A DNA stretch of 53,903 bases, taken from positions 1 through 53,903 of the forward strand of contig JWZX01002871.1 of NCBI GenBank assembly GCA_001275005.1, written 5' to 3'. The position numbers and the translations under genes were made by a program. The stretch's first letter is position 1, and each line of letters starts with the position of its first letter. This DNA comes from Chrysochromulina tobinii (lineage: Eukaryota). This document shows positions 1 to 11,411 of this stretch, piece by piece. A model generated the notes under the pieces. That model was not told where the DNA came from and did no database searches. It saw nothing but the letters and a program-made list of their open reading frames with translations.

Positions 1-75
1 GGAACGAAATAGCTCTGTGGAAAGGCCAGGAACCTCAAAGACAAAACCCAGCAGTTCGAATCTCAAAGGGGAAAT

Positions 76-490
76 CCTGAGGGGAGCGACCTGAGGGGGA
101 TAGCCTGAGGGGAACGCCCTGAGGGAAATATCCTGAGGGGAATACCCTGAGGGGAGCGCCCTGAGGGGGATAGCCTGAGGGGAGCGTCCTGAGGGAAATA
201 TCCTGAGGGGAATACCCTAAGGGTATTCTCCTAAGGGTGCTATCCTAAGGGCATTCCCCTAAGGGTGATATCCTAAGGGTATTCCCCTAAGGGTGATATC
301 CTAAGGGTATTCCCCTAAGGGTGATATCCGTCCTAAGGGTATTCCCCTAACGTGTGTAATATCCAAAGGGTAAACCCCTACAAGGGTGATATCCTATTTC
401 CCCTAAGGATAAGTTCCCCTACAAGTATTACCCTTGAGGGCTCACCCCTCAGGCCCTCAGGGCTCGCCCCTCACACACCCCTCAGGAGGG
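76..490. repeat. Phased 14-bp tandem array with palindromic CCT(G/A)AGG core and variable 7-nt spacers; degenerates after ~350
   Basis: CCTNAGG starts at 76,90,104,...,314 (exact 14-bp period, 18 units). The first 10 are CCTGAGG and the next 8 CCTAAGG. Degenerate CCTCAGG copies occur at ~448-487. Confidence 0.9.
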
Positions 491-838
491 AGGGGCCTCA
501 CACACAGTCCCTTAGCACTGCGTGAATCGGCTAGAAAAGGTCGTGCCTGGTGAAGTTCCCATGTCGAAGATTCATTCATTCAACGCAACCCTCGTGCCCC
601 CGGGTGTGCCTGGACACGTGCCCTGAGTGTAGAGCGCGAAGCCGCCCATCCGAGCGGGGGCCCTCAACAGTTGCAACACGCATGTGCGAGCGGGACGGAG
701 AGCGGAGAGATAAAATACACGTGTGAAAGCGCACGATAGCCGCTAGCCGGCGCCTCCCGGGCACGGCCGGGCTCGGGGCTGACGAGCCTGACGCGCGGTC
801 AACAATCAAGTCAAGCTCCATGCCTAACACCTCTACCA

Positions 839-1819
839 TCACGAGCTCCGGCCGGTAATCCTCTGGTACTCCATGCAATCTGACCCACCCGAGACGCGAA
901 CGCATTCGGCGGCGACTTGCGTCCACGCGCGAGCCGCCGCATGCTCGCCTGCCTCACCGGCGATCATCACGCCCCGTACCACCCAAGTCTTGGCCCACGG
1001 CATGGGCATGCGCTCCTCCCTCATGAGTTGCAGCACCTCGGGTATCAGCCGTTGAATGCGCGCATACGGAGGTCGTGGCTCGCTTCCGATGACACCGATC
1101 ACAGCAGTGAGCTCGGCCAGTCGTCGCTGCCGCATATCGCTCTGGAGAAGGGCCTCGCCTGTCAGGCGGCAGGTGAGGCAGCCACAGTGGAAGCCGAAGC
1201 GCTCGAGGAGAACCAACTGCCGGTCAGACCGCACCATGCCGCTGATGCCGTCGAGGCCGTGGTATGCCACTGTGAGCTCCTCGCCGCAGCGAATGTCGCG
1301 CACGGCCTGCAATGTGAGGCAGCCCAACTCGGGGTGCCACTGCACCATAGTATTGGGCATGCACGCATGATTGATTCTGCTCAACTCTGCAAATGCGCCC
1401 ATCCCGTCGCAGCCACTCGGATTGTTGGAATCCCGCGCAGCGACCGTCGGATAGACATTCGAAAGCCAAGTGCCGATGGCAGACTGCTCGTCACCGAAGG
1501 ATGGGTGCTGGCTGAGTGAAAAGAAGGCCAAACGCTGCGACTCGCCAAGCGAGCCGATCACTTTATCGACGAGGAGCTTCGCCTCCTTCTTGCTTATCCG
1601 ACCCTTATCCGGCACTGCAATGCTTGCAAGCGGCCGTTCGGCCAGAATACGCGCGCCCTTTTCGTACTGGTGGATTGCAAACGCGCCGAGTCCTTGACCA
1701 TTGACGCTGCGAAAAACCATCCTCCCAAATATCCACTGGCTTTTCCCCCCATCGGTGATGGACAGTGCCAAGCCCGCAGTGGCCAACTCCATCTGCGGCA
1801 CTGCAGTGGTCATCTCCAT
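839..1819 (-). CDS. SET-domain lysine methyltransferase (SMYD/Set5-like)
   Basis: Motifs GLGAFA, SRINHACMPN, RDIRCGEELTVAY and post-SET FGFHCGCLTC. First ATG at 1819; the ORF is open to 1936. No intron needed. Confidence 0.85.
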   Translation of the reverse strand: MEMTTAVPQMELATAGLALSITDGGKSQWIFGRMVFRSVNGQGLGAFAIHQYEKGARILAERPLASIAVPDKGRISKKEAKLLVDKVIGSLGESQRLAFFSLSQHPSFGDEQSAIGTWLSNVYPTVAARDSNNPSGCDGMGAFAELSRINHACMPNTMVQWHPELGCLTLQAVRDIRCGEELTVAYHGLDGISGMVRSDRQLVLLERFGFHCGCLTCRLTGEALLQSDMRQRRLAELTAVIGVIGSEPRPPYARIQRLIPEVLQLMREERMPMPWAKTWVVRGVMIAGEAGEHAAARAWTQVAAECVRVSGGSDCMEYQRITGRSS

Positions 1820-2212
1820 CTCTCCGATCCACAGCGCTTTGCCTGTGATTTTTACCGCGGCGCGTGGACGGACCGAGGTCTCCTTTTGGCCTAAGCCCAC
1901 ACAATTTGTGACCACCACCAAGCCCCTTGCCACCACACGTTTGAGAAAGGGCGAGAAGTTTGCTCGTCAGCCGCCGCAGCCCCACAAAACTCATGTGAGT
2001 GGCCGTAAACAAAGGGCCGGTGGGGGAAGGGCATTGGGGTCCGCACCGTCCTGTACGACGTTACGAGACTTATCCAATTCTAGCTCTTTTCGCCGCGACA
2101 AACTCACCACACAAAGGGGCCAAATCGCCCAAGCGCGCGTGACTCAAGGGCCGTGGCGACACCTCGTGTGTCGCGAAGACGTGTTTGTTTCAGTGTTCAA
2201 AACGACTGGACG

Positions 2213-4225
2213 ATGGAGGTTTTGTCCATATTGAAATTCCCCACGCAAGAGGGATCTCAGCTCGAGGTCGGTAACCGAGTCAAGAAGATACGTGGAGTAC
2301 ATAAAGGCCAGCTCGGGGTCGTGACGATGAAGACCGAGTCCTCGAAAGGGACCTGGAAAATCAAAGTACGCCTGGACGACAAAGAGAAACCAGAAACACT
2401 GCAGGCGGAGAAGAATTACAAACGCGTGGAGGTCGCGTTGGAAACTGGTGACGTCGATGATCAGCAGGCCGATCAGCAGGCCGACATCGCGGCTGCTCCG
2501 CCGGCCCATGTTGCGACATTCTCTGAGGACACCACCGTCAACTTTGAGAAACAAGAGGCCTTGGAGATGATCAGCAAAGTGCTTCAGATTCGGCCGCCGA
2601 TGAACAGCGTGGAAGAATTTCAATCGACCCACGTGGCGAATATGGTGAAGCACATCGAGGACTGCATCAAAGCGTTCCGAGTCGTCCGCCAGCTGCAGTG
2701 TACCTCAGGAGATGATGGGCAGCCAGATAACGACACAGCGAAGCTGCTCGACGCGCTGAGATCCAAGCTATTTCTACCGGAGGAGAAAGAGATGGAAATC
2801 TCTGTCTCTTCTCCGAAAGAGGTCGAGGTGGGCGTGAACGCCCCTACCGACGGGGCACTGCCGTCGGCCTCGAAACCCTGGTACATGTACCCCTTTCTAA
2901 CACGCAAATGGCCCAACGGTGCTGGCACAGGCAACGCAGAAGCTACCGAGGACAACGCAAAGGCGACGGTCAAGTCAACGCCGCAATCGAAGGCCAAGAT
3001 CAGGCCTCCGCCGCAATCAGACGTCAGCACGTACTACCTCACCCACGACGTCACCGATGACGATGGGGAACCCGATCCGCGCATCGTACCAGTGATGGTG
3101 GAGGCCGACTCGTACAAGTCCGGCGCAGACTGCTCGTTGAGGCGGGTGCCATGGACGCAAAAGGATATGCTGAATCCGGCAGTCGACCCGCTGCTGAAAG
3201 AAGTCCCGCGATGGGACCCCAAATCCGAAAAGGTCAGGGTCGGGAAGGATAGGCTCTTCACACAGAAGGAGTGGGTTACCCAGCTGGAGAAATGGCAAGC
3301 TGCTTACCCCAATGTGACGAAGCCCGACGGTTCCAACCCTTTCGAGACCGCTGCCTTCCGGACCAAGAAGACTTCTGACGACAAGATCATCGAGGCCACG
3401 TTCAACGCGTTACCAGCATTTGGTTCGCCCACCTGGGGCGAGTACAACGCCAGCTGGGGAAAATCGACGAAGGCGCTGCTCAGCATGTTCCGACCGGACA
3501 TGTGGGGCAACATGGTGTGCTTGCCGGACAAGATCGACCCGCTGGGAGCCACCAACGGGTCCTTGTGCTTTTTCGACGTGGACCACCTTTTCCCCTTCTC
3601 ACGGGGGGGGCAGTCCATCAAGGACAACTTCGCGGCTGTGCAATGCGTGGCCAACCGGTACATCAAGGGCGACAACTTGATTCCTTATTTGAATCCGGTC
3701 CAAATGGCGTGCGGCATTTCGTCCAAGCAGCTCGTGGCCATGGTACTCTCCGTGGAAAAGAACAGCATAGGGGAGCTCAGATCGCGGAAGGACCAAAACA
3801 GTTTACGCGACAGAATGCTGACGTGGTTGACCAGGTCGTCCATCAAGGGCGAATCGTTTCGCACCTTCCAAGCGGACGTACGGAGAAGTACTGACGGCCA
3901 GACGTTGGTGAATTACTTCAGGGAACGGCAGAGACGCGAGGACGAGGCCTTGTTGGGTCGCGTCGAACCCCGTTCTGCCGACCGTTGCCTCACTGTGCGC
4001 ATCATCAAGTGCATGCTGAGGCTGGAGGTCCGCGGACAGTCCACGTACTACGTCCAGCTCGTCCAAGACCGCTTGAAGAGCGCCAAGTACTGGTGGGACA
4101 ATGACAACGAAACGTGGGCGAAAGAGCTCGGTTCTCAGACGGAAAAGGAGGACCTCTTGAAGAACTTGCGAGATTTGGCGCGCGAGTACGGCTTTCGATA
4201 CACGGAGCTTACGATTGGGAATTGA
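2213..4225 (+). CDS. HNH endonuclease-domain protein with N-terminal KOW-like motif
   Basis: DVDHLFPFSRGGQSIKDNFAAVQCVANRYIKG matches the HNH signature. LEVGNRVKKIRGVHKGQLGVV resembles a KOW motif. Single long ORF, first ATG at 2213. Confidence 0.75.
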   Translation: MEVLSILKFPTQEGSQLEVGNRVKKIRGVHKGQLGVVTMKTESSKGTWKIKVRLDDKEKPETLQAEKNYKRVEVALETGDVDDQQADQQADIAAAPPAHVATFSEDTTVNFEKQEALEMISKVLQIRPPMNSVEEFQSTHVANMVKHIEDCIKAFRVVRQLQCTSGDDGQPDNDTAKLLDALRSKLFLPEEKEMEISVSSPKEVEVGVNAPTDGALPSASKPWYMYPFLTRKWPNGAGTGNAEATEDNAKATVKSTPQSKAKIRPPPQSDVSTYYLTHDVTDDDGEPDPRIVPVMVEADSYKSGADCSLRRVPWTQKDMLNPAVDPLLKEVPRWDPKSEKVRVGKDRLFTQKEWVTQLEKWQAAYPNVTKPDGSNPFETAAFRTKKTSDDKIIEATFNALPAFGSPTWGEYNASWGKSTKALLSMFRPDMWGNMVCLPDKIDPLGATNGSLCFFDVDHLFPFSRGGQSIKDNFAAVQCVANRYIKGDNLIPYLNPVQMACGISSKQLVAMVLSVEKNSIGELRSRKDQNSLRDRMLTWLTRSSIKGESFRTFQADVRRSTDGQTLVNYFRERQRREDEALLGRVEPRSADRCLTVRIIKCMLRLEVRGQSTYYVQLVQDRLKSAKYWWDNDNETWAKELGSQTEKEDLLKNLRDLAREYGFRYTELTIGN

Positions 4226-4559
4226 ATCAATCTTAAGCCTGCCAGTAAAATGAGTTGTATAAAAGATGTCATCGCGGTGAGAGTATGGACCGTATCGCGT
4301 ATGAGATGCAGATGGCCAAGAACACAATTGGTACCTCGATTGCTCGAATAACCACGAATTGACCACGAAAGGGTTCGGTAACTATCGACGCCCACTTAGT
4401 AACTAGAGGTTCAGAGGAGAGGAGCGCCGCTGCCGCCGCGAACTCACCGTGTGATGAGTGCGGCGGAGGGTAAGGGGGAAAGGGAGATGCGGGGAGATCC
4501 TCGTGCGCGCCGCTCTCTCCCGGGGGCCTTTTGGACGGGATATTAGTAAACGAGTGCGG

Positions 4560-5333
4560 ATGTATCACTCGCGACCGCTGTCTTATCTACTGTCCTTGCT
4601 GCTCGTGCTTCTGGCAGCTGCACCGAGTGCCGGCACGACAGGTATCGTTGTGCACGGGTATCACCGCCAGGCACACAACTGGGAGGAGGTCGTCTGGGGT
4701 GACATGGCCAACCAACACCTTGGACGCCTTCCACAGGCTGCGCTGCTGGCGTGGGAGTCGCGGCACGAGCTTGCCACGTTTATCTGCGGTTCTGGTGCCT
4801 CGTGCGATGCAGCTGGCAGGATCGAGGCGGATGCAATTGTGGCCCTTCTTTTTGAGCGTTTGCCAACGCTGGCGGCCTTTGAATGTTTTCGCGGCGTGGA
4901 TCTCGTCGAGCTCGCCCAGTTGCTGCACCGCACAGTTGTGACGGACACCGTGTCTACAAACACCGAGCAGGAGGTGAGGTCTGCGCTGGCGCGACTGCAA
5001 CAGGCTGGTGTGCGACGTGCAGTACTGATCTCTTCGCCGACGCACATGCCTCGTTGCTTGAGAGACGCATGTCGTGTAGCTTCTAAGGTGGGCTATGTCG
5101 GCAGCTTGGCTGCATGCCCATGTGATACATCGTGGTCTTCAGAGGCGCCGATCGTGCTCGAGCCGGCACATCGGCCGGATGCCGTGCGTTCTGCTTCCTT
5201 CTATCATCTGGCGAGACGCGCTTCAGCCCTGGCCTTTGAGGCGCGATCAGAGGACGAACGGCGGCGCTTTCTAGCTGCCTTGGATGCTTTGCTGTCCTCC
5301 TTTGAGTCCCATGGTGATGAGTCCCTACAGTGA
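4560..5333 (+). CDS. DUF218/YdcF-like protein with N-terminal signal peptide
   Basis: Hydrophobic leader MYHSRPLSYLLSLLLVLLAAAPSAG; motifs ICGSGA, STNTEQEV and LISSPTHMPRC resemble DUF218. Confidence 0.6.
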   Translation: MYHSRPLSYLLSLLLVLLAAAPSAGTTGIVVHGYHRQAHNWEEVVWGDMANQHLGRLPQAALLAWESRHELATFICGSGASCDAAGRIEADAIVALLFERLPTLAAFECFRGVDLVELAQLLHRTVVTDTVSTNTEQEVRSALARLQQAGVRRAVLISSPTHMPRCLRDACRVASKVGYVGSLAACPCDTSWSSEAPIVLEPAHRPDAVRSASFYHLARRASALAFEARSEDERRRFLAALDALLSSFESHGDESLQ

Positions 5334-5416
5334 AGCACGCGACCGCGTCCGTAAAACAACATAAGGTTCGTCTTCACAGGTGGACGCGGCTCCGGTTCGG
5401 AGTGTGAACAAACACG

Positions 5417-7104
5417 ATGGCCACGTCCGCCTCGGCGTCGCTCCCCAAGTCGATCGCCGTGCTCGGCGCGGGCCACGTGGGCGCGCCACACGCGATCATG
5501 CTCGCCAAGAAATGCCCCGACATCAGGGTGACCATCCTCGACAACGACGTTCGCAAGATCGCCGCGTGGAATAGCTCCACGCTGCCTTTCTTCGAGCCGT
5601 CGATGATCGAGGCCGTGGAGGAGGTGCGTGGCGTGAACCTCTTCTTCAGTTCGAATATGACGCAGGCGATCATTGAGGCCGACCTCATCCTCGTCTCCGT
5701 GAGCACACCGATCAAGTCGGACGGCATCGGCGCCAACTTCGCGCCCGACATGCAGCACTGGGAACGCATGGCACGGCTGATCGCCGCGTCGACTTCGAAG
5801 CCGAAGACGATCGTGGAGCGCTCGACGGTGCCCGTCAAGACCGCCGACCTCATGGCCGCCGTCCTCTTCGCCAACAGCGGCGGCCAGCAATGGACGGTCC
5901 TCTCCAACCCAGAGTTCGCGCGTGAGGGCACGGCGATGATGGACCATGCTGCGCCGGAGCGCGTGCTGATCGGAGCGCCGCCGACGGAGGCGGGCGATGC
6001 GGCGGCGGCCATGCTCAGCGCGCTCTACGCCAAGTGGGTCCCTCGCGATAAGATCATCGTCGCGGGCCTCTGGTCGGCAGAGCTCTCCAAGATGACTGCG
6101 AACGCGTTCCTTGCGCAGGTGCGACGAGTGTCCCTATACGAGTGTCCCTGCTTGGCCTCGGAGATTGGCCTCGGAGATTTCGCCTGATGGGCACTAGATT
6201 GGCCCATGAAAGTGAGCTCGGATCGCCTTCCCTGACGGTCTCCACCGCCTTTCCTCGCGTGCAGCGCATCTCTTCGATCAACGCGATCTCCGCCCTGTGT
6301 GAAAAGACAGGCGCGGACATTGGTGAGGTGGCGCACGCTGTGGGCATCGACTCGCGCATTGGGCGCAAGCACCTGGTAGCGTCCGTGGGCTTCGGTGGCG
6401 CGTGCTACGACACACACCTGCGCAATCTCGTCTACTTGTGTAACCACTATCGTCTCAAGGAAGTCGCCAACTACTGGCACCAAGTCCTCAAGATGAACGA
6501 GTGGCAGAAGAAGCGCTTCGCGATGCAGATCGTCTCGGCCATGTTCAACACCGTCTCGGGCAAGAAGCTCGCCATGCTCGGCTTCGCGTACAAGAAGAAC
6601 ACGTCCGACGTGCGTAACACGCCCGCGCGCGACGTGTGCTTAACGCTGCTCGCCGAGCGGGCACAGATCACAATCTCAGATCCGAGGGTCGCCAAAGAGG
6701 CGATGATGGTGGCGCTCACGGGCGCCGACGGAGCTGAGGAGCACATCCACGTGAACGCGGACCCTTACTTGGCGTGCGAGGGCGCGCATGCGATCGTGGT
6801 GATGACCGAATGGGATCAATTCACAACCCTCGACTATGGACGCATCTTCGAGTCGATGGAGAAGCCCGCCTTCATCTTCGACGGTCGCAATCTGCTCGAT
6901 CACGAGGCGCTCCGGGCGCTTGGGTTTATCGTGCATGGGATCGGCAAGCCGCAGCCGACCAGGAAGCCGACGACGGAGGAGGAGGCCCTCGCCACGCAGG
7001 CCGCCTTAGCCGAGGCCGCACGCTGGCGAGTGGGCGGCGCTGGGATGCCCACGCCTCCGCCTAAAGTGCTCAGCACGGCGGACGGATTCGGCGCGATCGC
7101 GTGA
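5417..7104 (+). CDS. UGDH: UDP-glucose 6-dehydrogenase-like protein, two exons (5417-6118, 6265-7104)
   Basis: GAGHVG, RSTVP, SNPEF, SAELSKMTANAFLAQ|RISSINAIS, GFGGAC, LGFAYKKNTSDVR, FIFDGRN. The GT-AG intron 6119-6264 joins AQ to RISS in frame. Confidence 0.93.
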
Positions 7105-7540
7105 GGCGGCGGGCCGGCGTCCAGCACCGACCGATCCCCTCCCCGCTCCCCACTTCCCGCCCCACCCCCTCCCGTCCCATCCATACTCTGCCGACGGCGA
7201 CGTGAGGTGGGTCTGGTGGGTGCGAGGCGGCACGGGGGCGGGCGGGCGGGATATGGCGTTGCGAGGCGCGGCTCGGTGGCTGACACCGTGAGGCTCTTGT
7301 GGCGGCGGTGAGATGATCTCGGGGGAGGCAGAGCGCACTAAGAACCTCTACGTGGAGAGAGGAGTCCTCGAATCGGAGAGAGTGTGTTTGGGGGCGTGGG
7401 GGGAGGGGGGGGCGAATCTTTAATGAATTTCCCGAAGACAAATTCATTTCCAATTCGGCACCTCGGAGCTGGAGACAAGAACTCGGCCGATATCCTAAGC
7501 TCTTCGATTAGCTGCCATTCTTCCAGCCGCGCTCGGCGCC

Positions 7541-9280
7541 ATGGGCAAGGATGATGAAGTAAAAGGCAAACAATTGGCGCAGAAAACGCTGCAGAAGCAC
7601 GCAGACACGCCGTTGGCTGCACAGGCAGGCGCGGGCGGTACTTCCACGGAGGCTCGCTTCCTCGCAGCCCTCCAGGCGATGATGGGCGATGTCGAGCTCA
7701 CGGACGAGAGTGTGAGGCAAGCGATCGCGAAGATGACTCCTGAGCAGAAGCAGCAGCTGATGCAGGACGCTGGCGGCCAGCAGCTCAAGCGCGAGTTGTT
7801 AACCAACGAAGAGACCAAGCAGGACCGCTCGCTCTACTTCAAAGAGGTGAATCGCTCAGCAGAGGCTGCTGGGTTGCCTGTCGACAAGGACAACAGCCAT
7901 CTGACTAAAAAGGTGCGCCGTGCGCAGCGCAGGCTCGCGGCGGCAGCAGCTTGGCCGATATGCGTGCGCTGTCCTTGCCAATGGGCTCCTCATATTAGCT
8001 GATAGCCTGCCTAATGGGCTCTTCATTTTAGCTGATTGCCTGCCTCCTCGGCCACAACGTCGCAGATCTCGAGCTTCATGTTAGGCTCGAGTGACGATCT
8101 GCCGCTGCTGCTTCTTGAGGAAGGCATCGCCTCGACGCCGTATATGGTCAAGGCAGCGCTGAGCGAGGCGCGCAGCGAGACGGCTGCCACCGTCGCGGCC
8201 GACTTAGCCGAGATCGAGACAGCCCTTGCTCTGCTCAAGGTCCATGGATGGGCTGCTGCCGAGACGGCCGGCCGGCCGCCAATCGTGCGGCGCAACCTGC
8301 TGCTGCTGCACTCGCACCTGCATCGCGAGCGGCTCAAGGCGCTCGTGCTGAGCGAAGCGACGAAGATGGCCACCGCCGAGGTGGTCGAGAAGGGCGGCCG
8401 CCTGCTCGATGGGCTCCTCTCATACTCAATCCAGCTGCAGTGGGTCAAGGCGACGCTCGCGATCACCGCGCTGCAGGCGCTGCTGACCAACGGGCTGTGG
8501 GACCACGCTGACGACGAGTGCCGCGCGATCATGCGCACACGCCTCTCCGCGGTCGGTCTCAAGCTACCAAAGCTCTCTCTCCGGTGCACAGCAGCCGACG
8601 TATTCGCGGGAGAGACTGTGACTGTCAAGGTGAGCGCGCAGCGACTGCACGTGTTCACAGCAGCGGAGCTCGAGCGCTACAACGCCACCGCCTCGGGCGT
8701 GCCGGCGGATGAGGGTGCTCCTCCCCAGAGCAACAGTGCCCAGAGCGACAGTGCCCAGGGCGACGCTGTCGTGCGTGTAGCGGACGCGCACGAAGGCTGG
8801 TGGCTGCTTGTGGAATCGGTCCGATCGGCGCTGATCAAGGACGCTCAGCTGATAGACCGCGAGGTGCACCACAACGTGCTGGTGGGCCGGCAGACGCTCG
8901 TACCCAGCCTGGACGACGCAACAATGGAGAGCTCGATCGAGTTCACCGCGCCCTCCGCGCCTGGCGAGTACAGGGTGCTTGTGCACCTGCGCAGCAGCAG
9001 CATGGTCGGCGTCGACGTGAAACGTAAGGTGTCGTTCACCGTCAAGAGCGGCAAGCGTTCACAGCCGTCCACCTCGTCCGGCACCTCAACCGACGATACC
9101 AAGAGCATGGAGGAGATCGATGGGACCATCGCCGACATCATCCAGGAGGAGGAGGCCAGCACAGCGCCCAGCACAGCGCCCAACACAGCGCCCAACACAG
9201 CGCCCAGCACAGCGCCCAGTACAGCGAGCCTCCCTACCGCGACGCCCTCACCTGCCGCGCTGGCCGTGCCGGTCTCATGA
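7541..9280 (+). CDS. Protein with Sec63-like C-terminal domain, two exons (7541-7912, 8066-9280)
   Basis: EGWWLLV...IEFTAPSAPGEYRVLVHLRSSSMVGVDVKRKVSFTV resembles the Sec63/Brr2 Ig-like end. The phase-0 GT-AG intron 7913-8065 joins the two ORFs. No J domain or transmembrane helices seen. Confidence 0.65.
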
Positions 9281-10030
9281 GCGAGGGGCCGCAGACCCTC
9301 CGAAGCTCACCCTATACTCCCACCCGAGGGGAGGGGTACTCACTTGATTCCGATCCTAATATGGACTCTGGACACAAGGACAGTTGGCATGTCATGCATA
9401 GAGTCAGTGGGCCGCAACATGCGGACGCGCCCGGTTGCGCGCGCGGGTGTTGCGAGGCGCGCAGAGGGCGCGCGGCGGCGGAGACCGGCGAGCAGCGACA
9501 CGAGGTGACGAACCCCAAGCAGCCCTCAAGGCGAGGCCAAGCGAAGCGGCGCGCGCATGCCTCGCTGCGGTCGGAATCGGTGCTGGGGAGCCGGGAGCGA
9601 CATGTATCATGTAGAAGCAAGAAGGGTTGCATGGATATTTTTGAGCTCGAACTAAAGCTCGAACGCCCCCCTTGTGCCCTCAGCTTAGAGCTTGAGGTTG
9701 AGCTTTCGCGCGCCGTGATTGCGGCATTGCGCCGTCAGCGTTGAAGTCCGGCCAGAGCAGGCGCCAACTATAGGCGTAAAAAGAGGTTTTTCCCGTGATT
9801 CAGGGGACGACAATTGGGGGACGAGGTACGCACATGCCCGCGCACATGGTTAGCAGAGGTCCAGAGGAAAAGGAAAAAGATAAAGTGTACGATCAATATG
9901 TTTATGGCGAGGCGAGCCCACGGAAGAGCCCACGGATCACAGCTGTGGCCAACACGGGCCAACTTATGGTCTCTTACGAAACAACCATTAGGAAAGGTTA
10001 GAAATCAAACGGACCCGAAGTAGCCGATCG

Positions 10031-11411
10031 ATGTCGAGCAGCACCATGTATCAGACGGCGCCAGTTGCGCATGCTGAGCCTATCGCGCAGGGCGTGCCCA
10101 TTTATCATGAGTCTTCGATGCCACTCTGCGCAGTGCAGGACCACCCCATGCCGGCGGTGCATGCAAGCGAGGCGCTGCAGGCGCTAGCTGGGTGCGGATT
10201 CCCGAGAGGCCTCGCGTCAGAGGTGGTCAACAGCGCTCACAACTCCTTTCCCATCCGCCTCTGGATAGTCGATAATTCCGGCTCCATGCAAACCGGGGAC
10301 GGCTCGCGCATGGTCCAAACCAGCAACGGTTCTTGCCGCATGATACAGGCGACGCGCTGGCAGGAGTTGGTGGACACCCTCGGAGCCGTCGCCGAGATGG
10401 CGTGCGCGCTCGGTGCGAGGACCGACTTTCTCCTGCTCAACCGTCCCTCGACAGGTCAAGTGCAGTTCGCCACCGTCGGCGGCAAGGGCACGGGCAACGC
10501 GGCGCTCGTGCCCGTGTTGGGTGCGCATCTCGAGGCTAGGCAGGTGAAGCAGGCGATGCAGCAGCTGCAGCCGAGCGGCGGTACGCCCCTCACAGAGGCC
10601 GTCCTGCAGGCATGCAACCTCATTGAGATCGCGGCGCCTGCGCTGCTTGCGAGCGGCCAGCAGGCGGTCGTCACCCTCGCCACCGACGGCCTGCCTAACG
10701 ACAACGACACATTCATGCTTGCGCTGCAGCGGCTGCAACGGCTGCCCGTGTGGCTCGTCGTGCGCCTGTGCACCAACGACGAGGGCGTGGTTCGGTACTG
10801 GTCTGATCTCGACCAGTCACTTGAGATGCCACTCGAGGTGAGAGGATGGACTGGCACTGAATTGCGAAGGGTAGACGCTGATTGCGAAGGGTAGGCGCTG
10901 ATTGCGAAGGGTAGGCGCTGATGAGAGGCACCGATGGCTTCGCTCGCAGGTGCTCGATGACGAGCGCGGCGAGGCCCAGGAGATCTACGCCTTCAATCCT
11001 TGGCTCACCTACGGGCCTCCGCTCCACCGCGCGCGCGAGTTTGGGCTCAAGCATCGCCTGTTTGACCTGCTTGACGAAACCCGGCTCATGCCCTCGCAGG
11101 TGAGTGTGCCCGATGAATTGCGTCTGATGGGCACTGATTGCCTCTGATGAGCACCGGTGATTGGTCTGCCCTCACCTGACGAAACCCGGCTCATGCCCTC
11201 ACAGGCGCGTGAACTCTGCGAGGTGCTTCTCGGCTGCGGCCCATTGCCCGAGCCCGAGCTTGAGTGGAGCGCCTTCGTGAGCGCGCTGCGTAATGCCCTC
11301 CTCTCGGCGCCGTCGACGGTGGACCCGAGCACTGGTCGGAGGCGCGCGTGGATCGACCTGCGGCGCATTGGCCGGCTGCGACCTGGCTACATCGGCTGCC
11401 CGTGCTTGTAG
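10031..11411 (+). CDS. von Willebrand factor A domain protein, three exons (10031-10837, 10950-11099, 11205-11411)
   Basis: MIDAS motifs IVDNSGSM, GGTPL and LATDGLP. Two phase-0 GT-AG introns give a continuous frame ending in CPCL-stop. Confidence 0.85.
11100..11204 (+). other. Intron whose 3' end duplicates the upstream exon end
   Basis: TGACGAAACCCGGCTCATGCCCTC(G/A)CAGG at 11072-11100 and 11177-11205 (1 mismatch), with CTGAT motifs in between. Confidence 0.85.

Noticed and set aside
76..350. CRISPR array or true telomere
   Set aside because: The repeat core is 7 bp and the 7-bp spacers recur; no cas genes; no contiguous (CCCTAA)n tract.
9340..9750. Possible MITE in the intergenic gap
   Set aside because: Only an 8-bp inverted match (GATTCCGA/TCGGAATC), no target duplication and no second copy in the window.
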